Assembly (NCBI GenBank): GCA_015068525.1
Contig: SVKJ01000003.1
Location: 9,779-73,778 of the forward strand
Length of the DNA: 64,000 nucleotides
Reading direction: 5' to 3'
Origin: Oscillospiraceae bacterium
GTDB lineage: Bacteria > Bacillota > Clostridia > UMGS1840 > HGM11507
A model generated the notes under the pieces. The model was not told where the DNA came from, ran no database searches, and was given only the letters and a program-made list of their open reading frames with translations. Below are positions 56,082-64,000 of this stretch, piece by piece. Each line of letters begins with the position of its first letter. Positions within the stretch are counted from its first letter, which is position 1. The translations under genes and the position numbers were made by a program.

Positions 56082-57929
56082 ATGATTTTAGAAAATATCT
56101 ATTCATCAGAAGATGTTAAAAAACTAAATATCGACGAACTTAAAATTTTGTCGGCTGAAATAAGAGAATTCTTAATAAATTCCGTATCCAAAACGGGTGG
56201 GCATCTGGCTTCTAATTTAGGGGCAGTTGAATTAACTCTGGCAATACATAAAGTGTTCGATTTTACTAAAGATAAGATTATATTTGATGTAGGGCATCAG
56301 AGCTATGTCCACAAAATTATTACAGGCAGAAAAGATAAATTTTGCGATTTAAGAAAATATAAAGGTATAGCAGGATTTCCTAAAATAAAAGAAAGTGAAT
56401 ATGACTTTTTTAACAGCGGGCACAGTTCAAATTCTCTGTCAGTTGCTCTTGGTATGAAAAGAGCATCTCAGATTATGGGAATAGATAACAATGTTATTGC
56501 ATTTATCGGTGACGGTTCTTTTGGCGGAGGAATGATTTATGAGGCCATAAACGATATAGGTAACGATAGCCAAAAAGATAATATAATTATTATCTTAAAT
56601 GACAATGAAATGTCTATTTCTAAAAATGACAGCAGTATTTCAAAGTACCTTTCTAAATTAAGAATAAATAACTCATATATTGATGCTAAAGAAAAGGTTG
56701 AACATAGCCTTTCCAAAGTTCCTTTTGTAAAAAATGTTATTTCAACTGCAAAAAAAACTTTAAGGAAAGCAATAGCTACAAATGGAGAATTTTTTGAAAA
56801 TTTAGGTATAAAATATTACGGACCTTATGACGGTCATAATATAGAAGAACTTATTGAAATTCTAAGGGTTGCAAAAAATCTTAATAAACCTGTCCTTATT
56901 CATACCGTAACAAAAAAAGGAAAAGGTTATGAACACGCTGAAAACAATCCTGAAAAATTTCATGGAATTTCTGCTTTTGATATATTAACAGGTAACCCGA
57001 AAAACAAAAAGAAAGATTATTCTTCTGTTTTTGGTGATCAACTTGTAAAACTTGCAAAAGATAACGAAAAGATTGTTGCAGTTACTGCCGCTATGCCATC
57101 AGGCACAGGGCTTATGGAATTTAAAAATGCATATCCTGACAGATTTTTTGATGTTGGTATATGTGAGGAACATGCTGTTTCGATGTGTGCAGGAATGGCG
57201 CTTTCAGGGCTGACACCTGTATTTTGTATATATTCATCATTTTTGCAAAGAGCATACGACCAGATTATAACTGATGTTTGTGCTATGAATTTGCACGTTG
57301 TTTTTGGTGTTGACAGGGCAGGCATTGTTGGAGAAGATGGAGAAACCCATCAGGGAATTTTTGATATTTCTTATCTTTCATCTATTCCTAATATGACAGT
57401 TCTTTCGCCTGCAGACTTTAATGAACTTGAAATGATGCTTGACTTTGCAGTAAATGTTCATAATGGACCGGTAGCAATAAGATATCCGAGAGGCTCTGAA
57501 GTTTCAGTTATACCTTCTTGTCCACCTTTAGAGTATAAAAAATCTTCAACTCTTCATAAAGGCGATGACCTTACAATTGTATGTGAGGGAAGAATGGTAA
57601 GTATAGCACTTAAACTTGCATCTTTGCTTATTACAGATGGTATAAAAGCAGAGGTTATAAATACACGTTTTATTAAACCAATAGACATAGAATCTATAAG
57701 GCAATCAGTTTTAAAAACTAAAAAACTTCTCGTTATAGAAGAAGGGGTTGAAAAAGGCGGTTTAGGAGAGGCTGTTTATTCTTCGCTTTGTGATATTTCT
57801 TTTTCATACCTTTCAAAATCAGTAGGCGATAAATTTGTTGAACATGGTAGTTTCAATGAACTTTTATGTGAATTAAAACTTGACGAAGAAAGTATTTATA
57901 AAGAGGTTAAAGAGGTGTTTGGTCTTTGA
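56082..57929 (+). CDS. dxs: 1-deoxy-D-xylulose-5-phosphate synthase
   Basis: 615 aa; GGHLASNLGAVELT, DVGHQSYVHKIITGR, IGDGSFGGGM, GEDGETHQG. Confidence 0.95.
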   Translation: MILENIYSSEDVKKLNIDELKILSAEIREFLINSVSKTGGHLASNLGAVELTLAIHKVFDFTKDKIIFDVGHQSYVHKIITGRKDKFCDLRKYKGIAGFPKIKESEYDFFNSGHSSNSLSVALGMKRASQIMGIDNNVIAFIGDGSFGGGMIYEAINDIGNDSQKDNIIIILNDNEMSISKNDSSISKYLSKLRINNSYIDAKEKVEHSLSKVPFVKNVISTAKKTLRKAIATNGEFFENLGIKYYGPYDGHNIEELIEILRVAKNLNKPVLIHTVTKKGKGYEHAENNPEKFHGISAFDILTGNPKNKKKDYSSVFGDQLVKLAKDNEKIVAVTAAMPSGTGLMEFKNAYPDRFFDVGICEEHAVSMCAGMALSGLTPVFCIYSSFLQRAYDQIITDVCAMNLHVVFGVDRAGIVGEDGETHQGIFDISYLSSIPNMTVLSPADFNELEMMLDFAVNVHNGPVAIRYPRGSEVSVIPSCPPLEYKKSSTLHKGDDLTIVCEGRMVSIALKLASLLITDGIKAEVINTRFIKPIDIESIRQSVLKTKKLLVIEEGVEKGGLGEAVYSSLCDISFSYLSKSVGDKFVEHGSFNELLCELKLDEESIYKEVKEVFGL

Positions 57930-58726
57930 GTGAATTAAAGCAGAGAATTGATACTCTTTTGTTCGAAAAAGGCTTGGCTGAAAGCAGAGAAAAAGCAAAA
58001 AGTCTTATTATGGCAGGTGTTGTTTACATTGACGAGCAAAAGGTGGACAAACCTGGAACTAACGTTAGTGTGAATTCAAATATAATTGTCCGTCAGGGTG
58101 CAAAATATGTAAGCAGAGGCGGATTAAAACTTGAAAAATCAATAGAAAATTTTGATATTTCACTTTCTGATAAAGTGTGTATGGATATCGGTGCATCAAC
58201 AGGTGGATTTACCGATTGTATGCTTCAGAACGGCGCAAAAAAAGTTTATTCTGTTGATGTCGGATATGGTCAACTTGCATGGAAATTAAGATGTGATGAT
58301 AGAGTATGCAATTTGGAAAGAACAAATATAAGATATCTTGATAATTCACTTATTTCGGATCCTGTTGAATTTGTTTCAATTGATGTATCATTTATTTCTT
58401 TAAAACTTGTTTTGCCAAAGGTAAAGGAACTTTTAATATCAAGCGGTGATTGTGTTGCACTTATTAAACCTCAGTTTGAAGCAGGCAGGGAAAAAGTAGG
58501 CAAAAAAGGTGTAGTAAGAGATATAAATGTTCATAAAGAGGTAATTTCTAATGTCTTTTCATTTACCAGAGAATTAGGTTTTAAAGTAGTAGAACTTGAT
58601 TATTCACCAATTAAAGGACCTGAAGGAAATATCGAATATTTAATGCACATAAAAAAAGAAAGCGAAATTGAATTTTCTGATAGTCTTATTGAAGATATAG
58701 TAGAAAAATCGCATACGGAGTTATAA
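57926..58726 (+). CDS. tlyA: TlyA family rRNA 2'-O-ribose cytidine methyltransferase
   Basis: TTG start overlapping the dxs stop; S4 domain ([22 protein letters not shown]) plus FtsJ fold ([11 protein letters not shown]). Confidence 0.9.
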   Translation: MSELKQRIDTLLFEKGLAESREKAKSLIMAGVVYIDEQKVDKPGTNVSVNSNIIVRQGAKYVSRGGLKLEKSIENFDISLSDKVCMDIGASTGGFTDCMLQNGAKKVYSVDVGYGQLAWKLRCDDRVCNLERTNIRYLDNSLISDPVEFVSIDVSFISLKLVLPKVKELLISSGDCVALIKPQFEAGREKVGKKGVVRDINVHKEVISNVFSFTRELGFKVVELDYSPIKGPEGNIEYLMHIKKESEIEFSDSLIEDIVEKSHTEL

Positions 58727-58728
58727 TT

Positions 58729-59592
58729 ATGGAAATTAAAAATATCGGTCTTATTTTTAAAAACAAAGATGAATTGAATATTGATATAGTAAAGAAGATA
58801 TATGATATACTTTCTCAAAATAATATCAGAGTTTTTGCCAATAAAAAGTATGAAGATTGTATTAACTTACCTCTTGAATTTGTTGGGGAAGACGATTTTT
58901 TTAAAAATTCTGACGTAATTATATCTCTTGGCGGAGACGGAACATTAATTACGGCGGCGAGAAACTGTGCTGTATATGATAAACCTGTTATGGGTATCAA
59001 TCTTGGGCATCTTGGTTTTTTGTCCGAAATGGAAAAAGATGAACTTTCAGGTCTTAATAAACTTTTGTCAAACGAATATACCATTGATGAAAGAATGATG
59101 CTTAACTGCACAATAACTGATATAAACGGCAAAGTTCATAATTTTAACTGTTTAAATGATGTTATTATTTCAAGAGGTTCATATCCAAGAATGATAGATA
59201 TAAATTTAAAAATAGGTAAAGAAACAGTTGAAAACTACACTGCAGACGGTCTTATAATTTCTACCTCGACAGGCTCAACTGCATACTCACTTGCCGCAGG
59301 CGGTCCTGTTGTAGAACCTGACGTTGAAGTTATAATAGCAACACCTATTTGCCCTCATTCTTTAAAGAACAGGTCGATACTATTCTCTAAAGACCGTGAA
59401 CTTGAAATAACAGTCAATGAAAAATATAATAAGAAAGTTTTTGTTTCGCCTGACGGGCAGGAATCGATAGAAATAAAGGGAAGTATTATTATAAAAAAAT
59501 CTCAGTATATAACAAAACTTATAAGAATAAATAATAAGAGTTTTTACTCTATTTTAAATAATAAGTTATCCGAAAGAGGTGTTAACCGATGA
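58729..59592 (+). CDS. nadK: NAD+ kinase
   Basis: 287 aa; [37 protein letters not shown]. Confidence 0.94.
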   Translation: MEIKNIGLIFKNKDELNIDIVKKIYDILSQNNIRVFANKKYEDCINLPLEFVGEDDFFKNSDVIISLGGDGTLITAARNCAVYDKPVMGINLGHLGFLSEMEKDELSGLNKLLSNEYTIDERMMLNCTITDINGKVHNFNCLNDVIISRGSYPRMIDINLKIGKETVENYTADGLIISTSTGSTAYSLAAGGPVVEPDVEVIIATPICPHSLKNRSILFSKDRELEITVNEKYNKKVFVSPDGQESIEIKGSIIIKKSQYITKLIRINNKSFYSILNNKLSERGVNR

Positions 59593-60044
59593 AACAGAAA
59601 AGGCAAATGGCAATTCTTAACTTAATTGAAAGCGAAGAAATTTCAACTCAGGAAGAACTTACCGATAAACTTAAAAAAATGGGTTTTAAAGTAACTCAGG
59701 CAACAGTTTCAAGAGATATTAAAGAACTTAAACTTATAAAGGTCCATTCGGATAAGAAAGGCAATAAATACAGTCACGTATCTAACGAAATTTCAAAAAA
59801 CAATAATAACAGCAGTGCAAAACTTTATACGATTATCTCCGAAGCAGTTTCCAGTATAGATTACGCTAACAATATTGTTATAATAAGAACTTTACAGGGG
59901 ATGGCACAAGGTGTTGCGTTTGCTATTGATAACCTTCAAAAAGAAGGTGTAATGGGTACAATTGCAGGTGATGACACTATAATGATTGTTACCAAAACTG
60001 AGGATAATGCAAAAAAATTAGTTTCTAAAATAAAGAATATATAG
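59589..60044 (+). CDS. argR: arginine repressor
   Basis: 151 aa; [58 protein letters not shown]. Confidence 0.94.
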   Translation: MKQKRQMAILNLIESEEISTQEELTDKLKKMGFKVTQATVSRDIKELKLIKVHSDKKGNKYSHVSNEISKNNNNSSAKLYTIISEAVSSIDYANNIVIIRTLQGMAQGVAFAIDNLQKEGVMGTIAGDDTIMIVTKTEDNAKKLVSKIKNI

Positions 60045-60052
60045 GTGCTAAT

Positions 60053-61738
60053 ATGCTTAAAAGTTTGTCAATAAGTAACGTTGCAGTTATAGAACATGCA
60101 ATTATAGATTTTGAACGCGGTCTTAATATTTTAACAGGGGAAACAGGTGCCGGAAAATCTATTATAATTGATTCTTTAAATTTAATACTTGGGAACAGAG
60201 CTTCAAAGGAAATAGTAAGGTCGGGGGAAATAAATGCTAAAGTTGAAGCATTGTTTGATATTGATAAAAATATTAAAACTATACTTTCAGAGTATGGAAT
60301 TGACGCTGATGATGAACTTTTAATTTCAAGAGAAGTAAATGTTGACGGGAAAAACAGTATAAGAATAAACGGGAATCTTTCTACTCTTTCAATATTAAAA
60401 GAAATCGGAAAAGAACTTATAAACATTCATGGGCAGAATGATAACCAGGATTTATTAAATCCTGATAAACATATAAAGTTACTTGATAGGTATGCAAAAA
60501 ATAACGAACTTTTATCTGAATACAAAAAAGAATTTAAGGAAGCACAAAATATAAATAACAGAATAAATGAATTGACAATTGATACTTATGAAAAGGAAAG
60601 AAAGTTAAGCCTTCTTACATACGAAATGGAAACGATTGAAAATGTAGGATTAAAAGAAGGGGAATATGAAGAACTTCTTGATAAAAGAAAGAAAATAGTA
60701 AACAGTAAAAAAATCTCCGATAACCTTTCAAAAGCCTATGACCTTATTAAAAAAGGGTATAATGGGCCCTCCTGTGAAGAACTTCTTTCTGATTCTTTAA
60801 AAACAGTAGGTGAGATAACATCTTTTGATAATGAACTTTCAAAAATTTACGATAAACTTAATGATGTTTATTATAATCTTTATGATATTTCGGACAGTCT
60901 GAGGGATTATATGTCTTCGTTTATGTTCGATGAAAGAGAGATTGAAGAAATAGAAAAAAGAATAGACGAAATAAATGATTTAAGGCGTAGATTTGGCGCT
61001 GACTATCAGTCAATAATTAGTTATTATGAAAAAATAACTAAGGAAGTTCAAGAAATAAATCTTACAGACGAAAATCTTAAAAAATTAAATGAGGAACTTA
61101 CTTTAAAGAAAAAAAATCTTGCCGACCTTTCTTCTAAACTTACATCTAAAAGAACTGTTGCAGGTAAAAAACTTGAGAAAGAAGTTATGATGCACCTTGC
61201 TGAACTTAATATGAAAAATTCGGTTTTTGAAGTTAAGATTACAAAAGAAGATAAATTTGCAAAAGACGGAGTAGATAAAGTAGAATTTTTAATAAGTGCA
61301 AATGTCGGTATGGAAGCGGGGAAACTTGCAAAAATTGCATCAGGCGGAGAACTTTCAAGAGTAATGCTTGGAATTAACTGCGCACTTCTTGATACTTTTT
61401 CGGTTCCGACAATGATTTATGACGAAATTGATACAGGTGTAAGTGGAAGAGCAGCACAAAAAATAGCAGAAAAACTTTACTTTGTTTCTAAAAACCATCA
61501 GGTGCTTTGCGTAACCCATCTTGCTCAGATTGCCTCAATGGCAGACGCTCATTACTTAATTGAAAAAAATGTTATAGATAATTCAACTAAAACCAAAGTT
61601 ATAAAAATGAATGAAAATGAAAAAGTAAATGAAATTGCACGAATTATAGGCGGAGCAAAAATAACTGATAATACAATTCTTAGTGCAAAGGATATGATTG
61701 TGCAGTCTTGTAAATATAAACACGGAGAGAAAATATGA
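60053..61738 (+). CDS. recN: DNA repair protein RecN
   Basis: 561 aa; Walker A GETGAGKS, coiled-coil middle, signature ASGGELSRVML, Walker B MIYDEIDTG. Confidence 0.95.
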   Translation: MLKSLSISNVAVIEHAIIDFERGLNILTGETGAGKSIIIDSLNLILGNRASKEIVRSGEINAKVEALFDIDKNIKTILSEYGIDADDELLISREVNVDGKNSIRINGNLSTLSILKEIGKELINIHGQNDNQDLLNPDKHIKLLDRYAKNNELLSEYKKEFKEAQNINNRINELTIDTYEKERKLSLLTYEMETIENVGLKEGEYEELLDKRKKIVNSKKISDNLSKAYDLIKKGYNGPSCEELLSDSLKTVGEITSFDNELSKIYDKLNDVYYNLYDISDSLRDYMSSFMFDEREIEEIEKRIDEINDLRRRFGADYQSIISYYEKITKEVQEINLTDENLKKLNEELTLKKKNLADLSSKLTSKRTVAGKKLEKEVMMHLAELNMKNSVFEVKITKEDKFAKDGVDKVEFLISANVGMEAGKLAKIASGGELSRVMLGINCALLDTFSVPTMIYDEIDTGVSGRAAQKIAEKLYFVSKNHQVLCVTHLAQIASMADAHYLIEKNVIDNSTKTKVIKMNENEKVNEIARIIGGAKITDNTILSAKDMIVQSCKYKHGEKI

Positions 61739-62121
61739 CAAGTGTTGGTTATGTTATAGATGTAAAAGGTAATATGGCAAAGGTCAGGTTTTTAAGAGAA
61801 TCAGCTTGTGGTGGTAATTGCTCTTCATGTGCAGGATGTGCGACAAAACCTATAGAAAAGTGGATTGAAAACACTTTGAATGTTAATTGCGGAGATAAGG
61901 TAACAGTCAAGACAAGCAGTAATAAAATTCTTTTTTCTGCCTTTATGTTATATATTTTTCCTCTTATTTTGTTTTTTGTGTTTTATATTATTTTTAATAT
62001 ATTTTTAAGTGAAGTTATAAGTCTTGTTACAGGTGTTTTAGCGTTTTTTCTATCGTTTATCATAGCAAAAAAATACGGTAACAAACTTAAAATAGAATAT
62101 GAAATGGAAAGGCTGGCTTGA
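61735..62121 (+). CDS. SoxR-reducing-system RseC/MucC family protein
   Basis: 128 aa; ACGGNCSSCAGC motif followed by two TM helices. Confidence 0.8.
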   Translation: MTSVGYVIDVKGNMAKVRFLRESACGGNCSSCAGCATKPIEKWIENTLNVNCGDKVTVKTSSNKILFSAFMLYIFPLILFFVFYIIFNIFLSEVISLVTGVLAFFLSFIIAKKYGNKLKIEYEMERLA

Positions 62122-62124
62122 TTA

Positions 62125-62790
62125 GTGGACAGAATTACAATATTTGTCGGTCATTACGGAAGCGGTAAAACGGAAGTTGCTGTAAACTATGCAATAAAAT
62201 TAAAAGAAGAAGGTAACGATGTTATAATAGTTGACTTAGATATCGTTAATGCATATTACAGAACAAAAGATAATGAAGAAATGTTAAATAAAATGGGGAT
62301 AGAGGTAATTTCTCCATCGTACGCTAATACGAATGTTGATATTCCGTCTTTACCTCCTGATATTTTAAAAGTTTTTGCAAATAAAGATAAAAAAATTGTA
62401 TTTGATGTTGGTGGCGATGATGCAGGTGCAATTGCTTTAGGACGATTTTTTAGTTATTTTTCACAAGAAAATTACCAAATGTACTCTGTAATAAATACTA
62501 AACGACCATTGACGGATAACAAAGAAGATATTATAATAATGATAAGGGACATAAATTTAAATTCCCGATTGCAAATAAAAGGCCTTATCAATAACACCAA
62601 TTTATCTTATGAAACGAATATTGATGATATATTAAAAGGTGAAGGTATTGTTAAGGATGTATGCGAAGAATTAAATCTGCCTTTTATTTTTACATCTCTT
62701 CTTTCGGAGAATGTATCAGAATATAAGAAAAAGTCTGACAGTAAGTTGTTTCCTATAAAGAAATATCTTAACTTGCCATGGCAAATTTAG
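62125..62790 (+). CDS. P-loop NTPase (MinD/ParA/CobQ-like), function unknown
   Basis: GTG start; deviant Walker A GHYGSGKTE followed by VIIVDLDIVN; 221 aa. Confidence 0.65.
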   Translation: MDRITIFVGHYGSGKTEVAVNYAIKLKEEGNDVIIVDLDIVNAYYRTKDNEEMLNKMGIEVISPSYANTNVDIPSLPPDILKVFANKDKKIVFDVGGDDAGAIALGRFFSYFSQENYQMYSVINTKRPLTDNKEDIIIMIRDINLNSRLQIKGLINNTNLSYETNIDDILKGEGIVKDVCEELNLPFIFTSLLSENVSEYKKKSDSKLFPIKKYLNLPWQI

Positions 62791-62801
62791 GAGGTAAAAA
62801 A

Positions 62802-63011
62802 ATGGCAAAAATTATTATCAATGAAGAATTGTGTAAAGGCTGTGGACTTTGCACAACGGCATGCCCTAAAAATTTATTGGTGCTGTCGAAAGATAAACTT
62901 AACAGTAAAGGTTATCACCCTGCAATGATGACGGATGAGTCAAAATGTATTTCTTGTGCATTTTGTGCTACGATGTGTCCTGATGTTGTAATTGAGGTCA
63001 GAAAGGATTGA
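62802..63011 (+). CDS. 2-oxoacid:ferredoxin oxidoreductase delta subunit (2x[4Fe-4S] ferredoxin)
   Basis: ATG 62802 with SD AGGAGG; CKGCGLCTTACP and CISCAFCATMCP. Confidence 0.88.
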   Translation: MAKIIINEELCKGCGLCTTACPKNLLVLSKDKLNSKGYHPAMMTDESKCISCAFCATMCPDVVIEVRKD

Positions 63012-63016
63012 TTATA

Positions 63017-64000
63017 ATGGAAAAAGTACTTATGAAAGGTAACGAAGCGATTGCTGAAGCTGCTATGAGAGCAGGTTGCAGGCATTTCTACGGATACCCT
63101 ATAACACCTCAGACAGAGGTTTCTGCTTATATGGCAAAAAATATGCCTAAAGTGGGCGGACTATTTATGCAGGCAGAAAGTGAAATCGCTGCTATAAATA
63201 TGGTTTATGGTTCTGCATCAGCAGGTGTACGTGCCATGACATCTTCATCAAGCCCGGGTATCAGTTTAAAAGCCGAAGGTATTTCCTATATGGCAGGTGC
63301 TGACTTACCATGTGTAATATTAAATATTGTAAGAGGAGGTCCCGGACTTGGTGGTATTCAGCCTGCACAGTCTGACTATTTCCAGGCAACTAAAGGTCTT
63401 GCTCACGGTGACTTTAATCTTGTTGTTCTTGCTCCGTCTTCAATTCAGGAATGTGTTGACTTGACTATGGAAGCATTTGACATAGCCGACCAGTACAGAA
63501 TGCCTGTTATGATTATGGGTGACGGTATGCTTGGTCAGATGATGGAACCTGTTTCTTTCGGAGAATACAAAGGAAGAAATCTACCCCAAAAAACATGGGC
63601 AACAAATGGTACAGGTTTAAAGAGAAAACATAATGTTATTAATTCACTTTACATAGACCCTGATACATTGGAAAAAACAGTTATTGACAGGGATAAAATG
63701 TATAATGAAATTAAAAAGACCGAAGTAAAGTATGAAACCTATAATATTGAAGACGCAGATATTATTATGGTTGCTTACGGTACAATAGGAAGAATTGTTA
63801 AAAATGCTATTAATAAAGCAAGAGAAGAAGGCATAAAAGTCGGGCTTATAAGACCTATAACATTATGGCCATTCCCTGAAGAAATAATAAATAAAACAGC
63901 TGATACTGCTAAAGCATTCATTTCAGTTGAAATGAGTACAGGTCAGATGGTAGAAGATGTTAAACTTGCGGTTAACGGAAAAGCAAAAGTTGACTTTTAC
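63017..64000 (+). CDS. 2-oxoacid:ferredoxin oxidoreductase alpha subunit (KorA/VorB-like), 3' end outside the window
   Basis: Not in the ORF track because no stop codon is reached. The frame is open from ATG 63017 to nt 64000 (MEKVLMKGNEAIAEAAMRAGCRHFYGYPITPQTE...). Confidence 0.88.
   Translation, partial: MEKVLMKGNEAIAEAAMRAGCRHFYGYPITPQTEVSAYMAKNMPKVGGLFMQAESEIAAINMVYGSASAGVRAMTSSSSPGISLKAEGISYMAGADLPCVILNIVRGGPGLGGIQPAQSDYFQATKGLAHGDFNLVVLAPSSIQECVDLTMEAFDIADQYRMPVMIMGDGMLGQMMEPVSFGEYKGRNLPQKTWATNGTGLKRKHNVINSLYIDPDTLEKTVIDRDKMYNEIKKTEVKYETYNIEDADIIMVAYGTIGRIVKNAINKAREEGIKVGLIRPITLWPFPEEIINKTADTAKAFISVEMSTGQMVEDVKLAVNGKAKVDFY

Noticed and set aside
60025-60426. 133-aa - strand ORF antisense to recN. 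The same applies to the other 60-117-aa antisense or alternative-frame ORFs in the track (e.g. 418-663, 5016-5366, 54105-54458, 58815-59132).
   Set aside because: All lie inside strongly supported conserved genes on the other strand or frame, and none has a recognisable domain.

Overview
AT-rich chromosomal segment of a spore-forming Firmicute, with Clostridia-type gene content and order. It holds about 75 protein genes, nearly all on the + strand and nearly all housekeeping. In order: topA (partial)-trmFO; a preQ1 riboswitch with queT; a split TIGR03960/DUF2344 radical-SAM pair; sigH; scpA-scpB-ytfJ-dacB-rluB; a five-gene biotin-dependent Na+-decarboxylase/transcarboxylase cluster; a cell-wall amidase; fused nadD-yqeK, rsfS, leuS, ruvX; an mglBAC-type sugar ABC transporter; pyrH-frr (- strand); ygiQ, folD, yabO-yabP-yabQ-divIC; tRNA-Leu(UAA); purE-F-M-N-purO-purH-purD; nusB-xseA-xseB-ispA-dxs-tlyA-nadK-argR-recN; and the start of a 2-oxoacid:ferredoxin oxidoreductase operon. 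I saw no rRNA, CRISPR, transposase, integrase, reverse transcriptase or recognisable defence gene, and I found no protein-coding candidate for a new system. The unusual content is non-coding. It sits in two small accessory patches (about 28.35-29.8 kb and 48.5-51.5 kb) and two intergenic regions (32.6-32.8 kb and 38.77-38.98 kb). (1) Two paralogous promoter-to-terminator structured RNA elements share a closing helix, a GACNNTCGGAG box and a terminator with compensatory changes. (2) Three arrays share one architecture: three direct plus three inverted copies of an 8-9 nt word, separated by 3-7 bp mini-hairpins. Each array uses a different word. (3) A 1.4-kb insertion splits a bidirectional terminator and is bounded by a 17-nt direct repeat. 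It carries a decayed four-helix-bundle (Avd / 23S-IVS family) gene. (4) GC-rich hairpin clusters, a heptamer tandem repeat and 29-nt direct repeats bracket a small PepSY-like gene. (5) A tRNA-like remnant overlaps the sigH stop codon. All calls come from reading the sequence and the ORF track; no database search or folding program was run.
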